From Malacoraja senta (taxonomy: Eukaryota), in NCBI GenBank assembly GCA_038087875.1, contig CM075999.1:2296001-2360000 (forward strand): a DNA stretch of 64,000 nt, in the 5' to 3' direction. The notes below the pieces were generated by a model, which saw only the letters and a list, made by a program, of their open reading frames with translations, made no database searches and had not been told where the DNA came from. The translations under genes and the position numbers were made by a program. Below, piece after piece: positions 1-10,787 of the stretch; the stretch's first letter is position 1, and each line of letters begins with the position of its first letter.

Positions 1-335
1 TGGGGGAGTCCAAAAGCAAGGGGTCACAGTTTAAGAATAATGGGTAGGCCATTTAGGACTGAGATGAGGAAAAATGTCTTCACCCAGAGAATTGTAAATC
101 TGTGGAATTCTCTGCCACAGAGGGCAGTGGAGGCCAATTCACTGTATGTTTTCAAGAGAGAGTTAGATTTATCTCTTATGCCTAAAGGAATCAAGGGATA
201 TTGGGAAAAAGCAGGAGCATTGAAACAGAATACTGATTTTGGATGATCAGCCACGATCATATTGAATGGCCGTGCTGGCTCGAAGGGCCGAATGGTCTAC
301 TCCTGCACCTATTTTTCTATGTTTCTATGTTTCTA
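1..335 (+). mobile_element. CR1-clade LINE 3' fragment
   Basis: ORF2 C-terminal peptide FTQRIVNLWNSLPQ, 3'UTR gggccgaatgg and (TCTATGTT)n tail. Confidence 0.9.
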
Positions 336-556
336 TACTTGCTGAATTCATATACAACTGACTCTGACGGAGTGGGGTGGGGGGAAGATCAAAAGACCTG
401 GCAATGGGGGGACCGCAATGATGGGGAGTGGTGGGGGGAGGAGCTGGTGCAGGATGCGAGGGTCTCGATCCGAAACAACGCCCAATCCTTCTCTCCATAG
501 ATGCTGCCTGTCCCACTGAGTTACTCCAGCATTTTGTGTCTATCTTAGGTTTAAAC

Positions 557-951
557 CAAAGATCCTATAGCGGAGCAAGATAGACCACTCCTGCTAAATG
601 CAATGGGCTGACGTGTAGTACGCGACGGAGCGGAACGTGGGCCTTTTTTTCATCCATTCCAGTAACCCGACCCGACCCGACCCGCAGTGTAATCAACGTT
701 GCGGGGGAACAGTTTGTGTTAATAAATTATAATTCTGAAAATGAGGAGAAGATTTTTACCAAATAACTTTTATCTTTACGAGGATGTTTCCGTAACCGGC
801 TTCCGTCTCCGCACTAGTATCCTGTGGGATCTTTGGTGCGGAGACGAAAGCCGGTTACAGAAATGGGGCCGAAAATTACCCATGAATCTGCCCATGACCG
901 TACTACGTCTTTTTCATCGAGTGATCTATCTTGCTCGCTATAGGATCTTTG
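557..951. mobile_element. Non-autonomous hAT-type MITE, family A copy 1
   Basis: ~28-bp TIRs caaagatcctatagcggagcaagataga / tctatcttgctcgctataggatctttg; 8-bp TSD gtttaaac at 549-556 and 952-959. Confidence 0.9.
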
Positions 952-1087
952 GTTTAAACCAGCATCTGCAGTTCCTTCCTACATGCTTTGTAACCTTATA
1001 GGTACCCTTTAGGTGGCAGCTGTTTGTATACCTTGGGTATGCAACACACAGAATTTCACTGTGTCTTGTCACATGCAACAATAAAGT

Positions 1088-1142
1088 ATTCATTCATTCA
1101 TTCATTCATTCATTCATTCATTCATTCATTCATTCATTCATT
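1088..1142. repeat. (TTCA)n microsatellite, tail of a LINE 3' remnant
   Basis: Direct tandem repeat preceded by caataaagta, resembling the other LINE tails in the window. Confidence 0.9.
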
Positions 1143-1161
1143 GCTAACCTCTCTTTCGCAG

Positions 1162-1333
1162 GTTGAGATTGAACAGTTGGACTACCATCACTACCTGCCC
1201 CTGTTCTTTGACGGCCTTTGTGAGACCATCCACCCGTACGAGTTCTTTGCCAGACAAGGTGTGCATGACATGCTGGAGCACGGTGGGCCAAAGATCCTCC
1301 CGGTCATCCCGCAACTTATCATCCCCATAAAAA
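1162..1333 (+). CDS. PACRG: PACRG (Parkin co-regulated gene) internal coding exon, equivalent to human exon 3
   Basis: Translates [57 protein letters not shown], matching the vertebrate PACRG core as I recall it. Acceptor ctctttcgcag|G with branch-like tgctaac at 1142-1148; donor A|gtaaga. 172 nt, ends in phase 1. Confidence 0.96.
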
Positions 1334-1448
1334 GTAAGAAAACCAAACACTCTATCGTTTTGGAGCTTAGTTTAATTTATTTTAATTTAATTTAGTGTAT
1401 TTTAGTGCAGTTTAGTGTTGATAAGTGTTTAGTTTCATTTGCTCCTCA

Positions 1449-1746
1449 TTAGAGATGCAGCACAAATACAGACCCTTCAGCCCCACTGAGTCCGCGCCGA
1501 CCAGCGATCACCCCGCACGCTAACACTATCCTACACTAGGGACAATTTGCAATTTTACCAGAGCCAATTAACCCACAAACCTGTATGTCTTTGGAATGTG
1601 GGAGGAAACCGGACCGCCCGGAAAAACCCCACGTGGTCACGGGGAGAAGGTACAAACTCCGTACAGACAACAACCCTAGTCAGGATCAAGCCCGGGTCTC
1701 TAGCGCTGTAAGGTGGCAACTCTACCGCTGCACCACCGTGCCGTCC
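1449..1746 (-). mobile_element. tRNA-derived V-SINE (HE1-like)
   Basis: On the minus strand: A-box-like head, central ggtttcctcccaca-tccaaagac V-domain and CR1-like 3' end. Confidence 0.85.
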
Positions 1747-2969
1747 TCAGAAGCTCTTGAAGAATTCAGAACAGAAATGTAAATAACATTGTGTGACAGA
1801 ATTGTATATAAAATTATGAGAGGCATAGATAGGGTAGACAGTCAGAACCTTTATCCCAGGGTGGGAATGTCCAACACTAGAGGGCGTAGTTTTACGGTGA
1901 GAGGGGGGAAAGTTTAATGGAGATGTATGGGTCAAGTTTTTTACACAGAGGGTGGTGGGTGCCTGGAACATGTTGCCATGGGGTGGTGGTGGAGGCAGAT
2001 ACTATAATGGCGATAAAGAGGCTTATAGGTAGGCACATGGATGTGCAGGGGGTGCAGTGATATGGATCTTGCGGGCAGGATGAATCACGGAGGGGGAGCA
2101 GCGAGAGAGAGAGCTGCAGAACCCTCGTCAGAGAGAGAGGAGGAGAACTTTGTCAAAGTAGGCACACCTTGAGGAGACTTCGCAAGGAACTGCAGGCGCT
2201 GGTTTACACCGAAGATAGACACGAAATGCTGGAGTTCCAGTGGTGTACATTTTCTCCGTCACACAGAGGCTGAAAGCCCCTCTATTCTCCTCACACACAA
2301 AAGAAATGGGAACGTAATGAAAGTGCTTAATTTCGGTTTTATTACCAAGGCGCTGTCAGCCTTCTGGAGTCACACAGAACATGTCCTGCTCTGAATTGGG
2401 TTTTTGCAGTGATGTTGATGACAATTTAATGGTGCGGTCTGGGGAGCTGTGAATAGCCTGGGCCTGAGCAAAAACAGCACGACACATACATACTGGAACA
2501 TTTATAGCAATGTGACTGGCATTGTGTGTTTGTCACACTGTGATTACGTGGCTGGCCACCGTTATACTTCACTCACGCAGCAGCAACAGAATCACTCTCA
2601 GTAATTGCCTCACTCCCAACTATTGGCTCAGATTGATAAGCTGGGGCCGCTAATGATCACCACCACATTACGCTCAGTCACATAAACCCTCGCTCCACAC
2701 ACTTGAGTAATGAAGATTGCTGTACTTGGCCCGGATCCATGCACACAACGCTGCTTCGGCCCGATTACTGAAGATTTACTCTGGTGTTTCTTGGTGAGGC
2801 GGTAGTTTCTCCTTCTGCTTGGTAATCAAGCCTTGACATAAAAAGCTGGTCTGGGACTGGGACTTGTAGGAGTCGAGGTTTTGTGGAAGGTAGACGTCGA
2901 GTGGTGGAGTAACTCAGCGGGTCAGCCAGCACCGCTGGAGAACATGGGTAGGTAGGACATGGGTAGGTA

Positions 2970-3480
2970 GGAGGGAGTGCAGCGTAGGTTTACAAGGTTA
3001 ATTCCCGGGATGGCGGGACTGTCATATGCTGAGAGAATGGAGCAGCTGGGCTTGTACACTCTGGAGTTTAGAAGGATGAGAGGGTGAGGATCTCATTGAA
3101 ACATAAGATTGTTAAGGGTTTGGACACGCTAGAGGCAGGAAACATGTTCCCGATGTTGGGGGAGTCCAGAACCAGGGGGCCACAGTTTGGGAATAAGGGG
3201 TAAGCCATTTAGAACGGAGACGAGGAAACACTTTTTCTCACAGAGAGTGGTGAGTCTGTGGAATTCTCTGCCTCAGAGGGCAGTGAAGGCAGGTTCTCTG
3301 GATGCTTTCAAGAGAGAGCTGGATAGGGCTCTTAAAGATAGCGGAGTCAGGGGATATGGGGAGAAGGCAGGAACGGGGTACTGATTGGGGATGATCAGCC
3401 ATGATCACATTGAATGACGGTGCTGGCTTGAAGGGCCAAATGGCCTATTCCTGCACCTATTGTCTATTGTCTATTGTCTC
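2970..3480 (+). mobile_element. CR1 LINE 3' fragment, (CTATTGT)n subfamily
   Basis: ORF2 C-terminus (FSQRVVSLWNSLPQ...GYGEKAGTGY*) and 7-mer tandem tail. Confidence 0.9.
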
Positions 3481-3746
3481 TTGACATTTTGGGTGGCTTT
3501 GTGTCTTCTGTTGTACACCAGCCCCAGCGGTCCCTTGTATCTACCATCTCCTGATAGTGAGAAAGCTCCCCGAGTCTTGTTGGAGTTATCCAGGCGTGTG
3601 GAAATTATTCCAGCATGCTGTCGATGACTTTAGCTAAGGGCAATTTGCAACAAAATGCAAAACCAAGTCTGTGTTTTGTATCACTTTTACTGCTCTGGCT
3701 CTATCTGAGACTAACTAAACAAATTTCACACATTTATATTCCCATT

Positions 3747-4070
3747 TAGTTCAGTTTAGTTTGGAGATACAGCACGGAAACAGGCCCTTCGGCCCACCAA
3801 GTCTGTGCCGACCATCGATCACCCGTACACTAGCACTATCCTACACACTAGGGGCCATTTACAATCTGTACCGAAGCCGATTTACAATCTGTACCGAAGC
3901 CGATTAACCTGTATGTCTTTGGAGTGTGGGAGGAGGCCAGAGCACCTGGAGAAAACCCACGCGGGCCACGGGGTGAACATCCACACTCTGTGCAGACAGC
4001 AACCGCGGTCAGGATTGAACCCGTATCTCTGGCGCTGTAAAGCGGCAACTCTACCGCTGCGCCTCCGTGT
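3747..4070 (-). mobile_element. V-SINE (HE1-like)
   Basis: Reverse complement of the SINE consensus, including the (CTAAA)n-like tail. Confidence 0.85.
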
Positions 4071-4370
4071 CACTCTAAAGGAGACTGCCTTTCCCGTTGG
4101 AAGTTACAATAGCTAATGTGCCAGAGAATCCGAACTCCATGCCCCAGATCCCAGTAGTCGAGGTTATTCATCACTTCTCAGAGCCAGATGCTGTTATATC
4201 TGACAGACTCACGGGGAGAAACAGTCGCGGCTGTATCGTGAAGGAAATGAGGATGAGTTTCAGGGACAGAATGCCCTGCTGAGTAGACAGCTGTGGACCA
4301 GTTTCCCCACAGGTCCACCTACACAATGCAATTCTTTGTCAGAGGAATTTTAGCATCTAATTAATGATTT

Positions 4371-4670
4371 GGGTGGCACGGTGGCCCAGCGGTAGAGTTG
4401 CTTCCTCACAGCGCCAGAGACCCGGGTTCCATCCTGACTACGGGCGCTGTCTGTACGGAGTTTGTACCTTCTCCCCGTGACCGCGTGGGTATTCTCCGGG
4501 TGCGCCGGTTTCCTCCCACACTCCAAAGACGTGCAGGTTTGTCGGTTAATTCGCTTCGGCAAAAAATGGTGAATTTGGTAGGATAGTGCAAGTGTGCAGG
4601 GTGATCACGGGCCAGTATGGACTCGGTGGGACGAAGGGCCTATTTCCACACTGTATCTCAAAACTAAACT
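4371..4670 (+). mobile_element. V-SINE (HE1-like)
   Basis: A box tggcccagcgg, B box ggttccatcc, V-domain and aaactaaact tail. Confidence 0.88.
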
Positions 4671-4747
4671 GGAACAGTCCCACCTGCCCTTGTTATTCCC
4701 ATATCCCTCTAAGCATTTCATATCCATGCAGCTATCCACGAAGAAGC

Positions 4748-4775
4748 CTGAAGAAGGGTCTCGACCCGAAACGTC
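4748..4775 (+). ncRNA. Minimal hammerhead ribozyme motif in a PLE-derived repeat
   Basis: CTGAAGA-A-GGGTCTCGACCC-GAAA-CGTC: CUGANGA core, stem II, GAAA and a GUC cleavage triplet. Activity is not shown by the sequence. Confidence 0.7.
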
Positions 4776-5439
4776 ACCCATTCCTTCTCTCCAGAGATGC
4801 TGCCTGTCCCGTTGAGTTGCTCCATCATCTCGTGTCTGCCTTCGGTACAAACCAGCATCTGCAGTTCCTTCCTACACATTTTGTCTAGGTATCCACAACG
4901 CTCCGGTTTCCTCCCACATCCCAAAGACGTGCGGGTTCGTAGGTTAATCGGCCCCTCTGTAAATTGCCCCCTAGTGTGTAACGAGTGGATGAGACAGTGG
5001 GATGTTGTAGAACTAGTGTGAATGGATGATCGATAGGTAGTGTGGACTCAGTGGGTCAAAGGGCCTTTTTCCATGCTGCATTTCTAAACTAAACATAACT
5101 ACTTTTTTACACTTAAGCCGTGGGAAAGCCTATTTTATTCTGTATCTCAGATTATTGGGTAGTGATTTGCGAATTCTGTAATGGTGAATTCCTCTTACCT
5201 GAATGTCTGTAATGGGAGAGGTTGGCTGTAACCGAATCATGTGTGAGGAACTCAGCGGGTCAGGCGGTGTCTCTGGGGAACACGGATGGGTGATGTTTGG
5301 GGTCGGGGCTTTCTTCAGACAGTTAACCAGCACCAAGGTACTTGGATGGACGTTCTTGTAGAACGTCTGCTGGAACGGCAGAGGGGCTTCACGGAAACTC
5401 CGCAGTCCAGTGTTGCTTGAGACCTAAGGTCGGTGGCGA

Positions 5440-5772
5440 CGGGAAGGTGTTCCCGATGTTGGGGGGAGTCCAGAACACGGGGCCACAGTTTAAGAATAAG
5501 GGGTGAGCCATTTAGAACGGAGACGAGGAAACACTTTTTCACACAGAGAGTGGTGAGTCTGTGCAATTCTCTGCCTCAGAGGGCGGTGGAGGCCGGTTCT
5601 CTGGATACTTTCAAGAGAGAGCGAGATAGGGCTCTTGAAGATTGCGGGGTCAGGGGATATGGGGAGAAGGCAGGAACGGGGTACTGATTGTGGATGATCA
5701 GCCATGATCACATTGAATGGCGGTGCTGGCTCGAAGGGCCGAATGGCCTACTCCTGCACCTATTGTCTATTG
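5440..5772 (+). mobile_element. CR1 LINE 3' fragment
   Basis: Same peptide and 3'UTR as 2970-3480. Confidence 0.9.
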
Positions 5773-7759
5773 ACTCGGTGGGCTGATGGGCCTGTTTCCG
5801 TGCTGTATCTCTAAATGAAACTAAGGTAAGTGATGAGAAAAGCAGAAGGCACATTATTGCTCCATCACTGACTGAGCTATTGAGCGAGGAAGGATTTTAT
5901 CGTCATCACTTGAGATGTCCAAATGGTGCCTAAAGTTCATCTGCTACTTCTCAAATCAGATCCACTTCACTGTTCAAAACAGCACTGTGTCGTGTTGCAA
6001 GGCAGCTATCGATTTTGTTCATGTGGTAGGAGCAGAATGAGGCCATTCGGCCCACCTAGTCTACTCCGCCATTCAATCATGGCTGATGTATCACTCCCTC
6101 ATAACCCCATTCTCCTGCCTTCTCCCCGTAACCTCTGAAGAAGGGTTTCATCCCGAAATGTTGCCTATTTCCTTCGCTCCATAGATGCTGCTGCACCCGC
6201 TGAGTTTCTCCAACATTTTTGTCTAGAGAAATTGTAATTAAAATGACTTTGATTGCGGGCTGCTAAAATTACCCGTTTTTAAAAGCGCCAGTCCTTTGTG
6301 TTGACGCTTTGACGGTCTGTTGACGGATGCCAGCTGATTAGCAACAACTGATGTACAAGTCCCCGGTGCTGAGCCTCACAAAGCATGTTGTGTCGTGCCG
6401 GTTCACCAGTCATCTGCTGCGTTTTCCGGAGAGCGTTTAAAAAAAAAAACCGCGTCAACTCGTATATTGTTCTTTGTACCAACATACTGTGTCAGCGGAG
6501 TCAACCGAGGTTTTAATGAATTATTAAATCTGGGGGCTTGTCGGATGGTGAGAACGGATGAAAAATGAGCAAGAATTGGATGCAAAATATCTCAATCCTC
6601 ACCCAGATCCGCCAGTCAATAAGGTTATGACTGTTCCAATCTTGGCCTGAGCTCCACGTTCCTGTCTGCTTCACCCAATATTCTTGATGCCTCCTCTAGA
6701 ATTCAAGCCTCCGCTCCCCTTACAAACTGGGGGGGGGGGGGCGATTTACCGAGGCTAGTTCACCTACAAACCCGCACGTCTTTGGGATGTGGGAGGAAAC
6801 CAGAGCACCCGGAGGAATCCCTCGCGGTCACAGGGAGAACGTGCAAACTCCACACGGGCAGCACCCGAGGTCAGGTTTGACCCCGGGCCGCTGGCTTGTG
6901 AAGCAGCTGCTCTACCCGCTGCACCACTGTGCCGCATTTTATGGCAGATTTTCTCAATAATTGTCCCTGAATGAGAATGGTTCTCAACAATAACATCTAA
7001 TCTAAAAGCAACAAACAGTTGGGCCGAATGGCCTGTCTCCGTGCCATATGAGTCTATGGCTCTATGTGACTATATGACCATGAATGCACGCAAAACCCCA
7101 AATGTGGCCAAACCAAAGTCCTATAAAGCTGTATCACGAATTCCTGACTCCTATAAGTTCATAAGTTATAGGAGACGAAGTAGGCCATTTGGCCCATCAA
7201 ACCTACTCAAGTTATCAGGCAACCGAATCATCCTACCAACAACTGGAGAGCAGTCCTGAACTACCATCCACCTCATTGGAGATCCTCAGACTATCTTTGA
7301 TCGGACTTTACTGGCTTTATCTTGCACTAAACATTATTCATGTTATTCCCTTTATCCTGTATCCGTACACTGTGGACGGCTCGACTGTAATCATGTGTTG
7401 TCTTTCCGCTGACTGGATAGCGAGCAACAAAAGCTTTTCACTGTACCTCGGTACACGTGACAATAAACTAAACTGAAACTCCGCCATTCAACCATGGCTG
7501 ATCTATCTCTCCCTCTCAACCCCATTCTCCTTGCCTTCTCCCCATAACCCCTGGCACCCGCACCAACGAAGGCAAGCACACTATGTGGATCCTGTGGAGG
7601 TGGCTTGAAGAAGATTTACGGGTTTTCCCTGTTGTCTCTCAATTATCATTACTGAGCAACAGATGGGGCTGTCAGTAACACTCCAGTCTTTGTGGGATTC
7701 TGTTGCATACCCAATCGGCTTCTGCAAGAGTGCATCAAGGCTAGATACACCTGTTGAGT

Positions 7760-8875
7760 CTAAGAGGGCTTAGCAAGTTCGGCATGTCCCCAACAACTCT
7801 CACCAACCTCTACAGATGCGCCGTAGGCAGCATTTTGTCGGGAGGCATCGCAGCACGGTTTGGGAACAGCTCCATCCAAGACCGCAAGAAATTTCAGCAA
7901 ATTGTGGACGCAGCCCAGACCATCACACAAACCAACCTCCCTTCCATTGACTCCATCTACACCTCACGCTGCCTCGGCAAGGCCAGCAACATAATCAAGG
8001 ACCAGTCGCACCCCGGCCACTCCCTCTTCTCCCCACTCCCATCGGGCAAAAGGCATAGAAGTGTGAAAACGCACACCTCCAGATTCAGGGTAGGCAAATA
8101 TGCTGGAGGAACTCAGCGGGTGAGGCAGCATCTTTGGAGCGCAGTAATAGGTGACGTTTCAGGTTGACACCCTTCTTCAGATTCAGGGGCAGTTTCTTCC
8201 CAGCTGTTATCAGGCAACTGAATCATCCTACCACAACTGAATCATCCTACCACAACCAGAGAGCGGTCCTGACCTATTATCTACCTCATCGGGGACCCTC
8301 GGACTATCTTAGATTGGACTTTACTGGCTTTATTTTGCACTAAACATTATTCTATTATCATGTATATGTACACTGTGAATGGCTCGATTGTAATCATGTA
8401 TTGTCTTTCCGCTGACTGGTTGGCATGCAGAAACTTGTAGAAACTTACAAAATTCTCAAGGGGTTGGACAGGTTAGATGCAGGAAGATTGTTCCCGATGT
8501 TGGGGAAGTCCAGGACAAGGGGTCACAGCTTAAGGATAAGGGGGAAATCCTTTAGGACCGAGATGAGAAAAACTTTTTTCACACAGAGAGTGGTGAATCT
8601 CTGGAACTCTCTGCCACAGAAGGTAGTTGAGGCCAGTTCATTGGCTATATTTAAGAGGGAGTTAGATGTGGCCCTTGTGGCTAAAGGGATCAGGGGGTAT
8701 GGAGAGAAGGTCGGTACAGGATACTGAGTTGGATGATCAGCCATGATCATATTGAATGGCGGTGCAGGCTCGAAGGGCCGAATGGCCTACTCCTGCACCT
8801 ATTTTCTATGTTTCTATGTTTCTATGTAAAAGCTTTTCACTGTACCTCGGTACACGTGACAATAAACTAAACTAA
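7760..8875 (+). mobile_element. Rex1/Babar-type LINE 3' fragment, interrupted by PLE and CR1 insertions
   Basis: Peptide LTNLYRCAVGSIL...SHPGHSLFSPLPSGKR typical of the Rex1 RT C-terminal region; tail ...gtgacaataaactaaact. Confidence 0.75.
8430..8826 (+). mobile_element. CR1 LINE 3' fragment, (TCTATGTT)n subfamily
   Basis: Nearly identical to the 3' part of the long copy at 55806-57638; splits the Rex1 tail. Confidence 0.9.
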
Positions 8876-9237
8876 CACATAAACTGAAATTGAGTCTAAC
8901 GTGGGGCACCTCTAGTTGGTATCTGAAAGGAAAAGAAACTATTAAAACACAAACAAGTGCCATGAATCACATTTCTCTGAAGATAAGCAGAATTCATGGA
9001 GCATGAATATAAAACAGAGTCTTGTGTATGTAAGTGTCGCACATGCCTCGAGAGATGGTGTGATTGAAAATATCTTTTGATTTAGTCATCATTTTTTTTG
9101 CAAGTCTCTTTGACATGTGGCAAAAGGAAAGAGGAAGTGTCATAGAGCTTTGAATCTTGCCAACAGACGTCAAAACATTTCTATACAGGGACAGGTTTTC
9201 CTGCTTAGCTGTTGAATTGAATGGTACCATAATTGGA

Positions 9238-9557
9238 AGGCGTCACAGTGGCGCAGCGGTAGAGTTGCTGCCTCACAGTGCCAGAGTGCCGGGTTCGATC
9301 CTGACTACGGGTGCTGTCTGTACGGAGTTTGTACGTTCTCCCCGTGACCTGAGTGGGTTTTCTCCAGGATCTCCAGTTTCATCCCACACTCCAAAGACGT
9401 GCAGGTTTGTAGATTAATTGGCTTGGTGTAATTGTAAATTGTCCCTAGTGTGTGGAGGATAGTGTCAGTGTGCGTTGATCGCTGGTTGGCGCAGACTCGG
9501 TGGGCCGAAGGGCCTGTTTCCGTGCTGTATCTCTAAACTAAACTCAACTCAACTAAA
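9238..9557 (+). mobile_element. V-SINE (HE1-like)
   Basis: A box tggcgcagcgg, B box ggttcgatcc, V-domain and ctaaa tail. Confidence 0.9.
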
Positions 9558-9824
9558 TTGAAAGTTATGATCATATTGAATGGCGGTGCAGGCTCGAAGG
9601 GCCGAATGGCCTACTCCTGCACCTATTTTCTATGTATCTATGTATCTATGTAACATGTGTAGGAAGGAACTGCAGATGCTGGTTTAAACTGAAGATAGTC
9701 ACAAAATGCTGGAGTAACTCAGTGGGACAGGCAGCATCTGTGGATAGAAGTAATGGGTGACGGTTTGTGTTGAATCCCTTCTTCAGACCCAAAACATCAC
9801 CCATTCCTTCTCTCCGGAGATGCT

Positions 9825-10018
9825 GCGAGGCGCTGCTGCTGCTGCACTCCCTGGGCTGCACTACGCCGGGACGGGTGAGGCGGGGCCAGACGCGGCGTTC
9901 CGACCCAACCCGAGTAGTAGCAGTCAAATACGGGACAAGGGCGGTCCCGTACGGGACAAACCAATTTAGCCCAATATATACGGGATGTCCCGGCTAATAC
10001 GGGACAGTTGCAACCCTA
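9825..10018. mobile_element. Right end of a hAT (Blackjack-like) DNA transposon
   Basis: Ends in gttgcaacccta (TAGGGTTGC terminus on the minus strand) with several subterminal CGGGAC motifs. Left TIR not seen. Confidence 0.55.
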
Positions 10019-10049
10019 ATCATTCATAACCCTTCTCTATCTTGTGCAG

Positions 10050-10199
10050 ATGCCTTGAACACCAGGAACAAGCATGTTATTTGTACCACGCTGAAGATTC
10101 TGCAGCATCTTGCCGTCTCTGGCGAGCGGGTGGGGGAAGCCTTGGTCCCCTACTACAGGCAGCTATTGCCCATCCTCAACCTATTTAAAAACCTCAACG
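10050..10199 (+). CDS. PACRG: PACRG internal coding exon, equivalent to human exon 4
   Basis: Splices in frame to the previous exon (A+AT = Asn) and gives [50 protein letters not shown]. Acceptor cttgtgcag|A; donor G|gtaagt. 150 nt, phase 1-1. Confidence 0.96.
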
Positions 10200-10759
10200 G
10201 TAAGTGCCAACTGGCTCAACCTCTCAACTCTTCCGTTCATGTTTTAGTTTTTCATTTTAGTTTTTTTGATTTTAAAGATACAGCTAGGCCGAGTTTTAGA
10301 GAAACAGGCCCCTTCGGCCCACCGAGTCGGCGCCGACCAGCGATCCCCGCACACTAACACTGTCCTACACACACGTGGGACGATTTACAATTTTACCTAA
10401 GCCAATTAACCGACTAAACTGGAGAAAATGGATGGGCGACGTTTCGGGTCGGGACCCTTCTTCAGATCTTCAAATCCGTCTTTCTTCTCCAGAGATGCTG
10501 CCTGACCCGCTGAGTTACTCCAATACAAAGTTTACTATTGTAACATGTACCAAAGCGCAGTGAAAAGCCTTGTTTGGCATGATATACAAACAGATAAATA
10601 CATTCAAGTCAAACTCGGTACAATAGGTGGGTCAAAGGGGAAGATACAGAGTGTTGTGTGCAGGAAGGAACCGCAGACGCTGGTTTACACCGAAGATAGA
10701 CACAAAACGCTGGAGTAACTCAGCGGGACAGGCGGCGTCTCTGGAGAGAAGGAATGGGT

Positions 10760-10787
10760 GACGTTTCGGGTCGAGACCCTTCTTCAG
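10760..10787 (-). ncRNA. Minimal hammerhead ribozyme motif (PLE-derived)
   Basis: Reverse complement reads CTGAAGAAGGGTCTCGACCCGAAACGTC. Confidence 0.7.

Noticed and set aside
1024..1395. Whole 123-aa ORF as the gene
   Set aside because: Only 1162-1333 is PACRG-like and splice-bounded; the rest is microsatellite and intron.
5320..5435. Possible cryptic exon in the intron between the two PACRG exons
   Set aside because: No recognisable protein similarity, and the two PACRG exons already join in frame.
9238..9310. tRNA gene candidates with A and B boxes
   Set aside because: These are SINE heads that continue into the V-domain and LINE-like tail, and they lack a complete cloverleaf.
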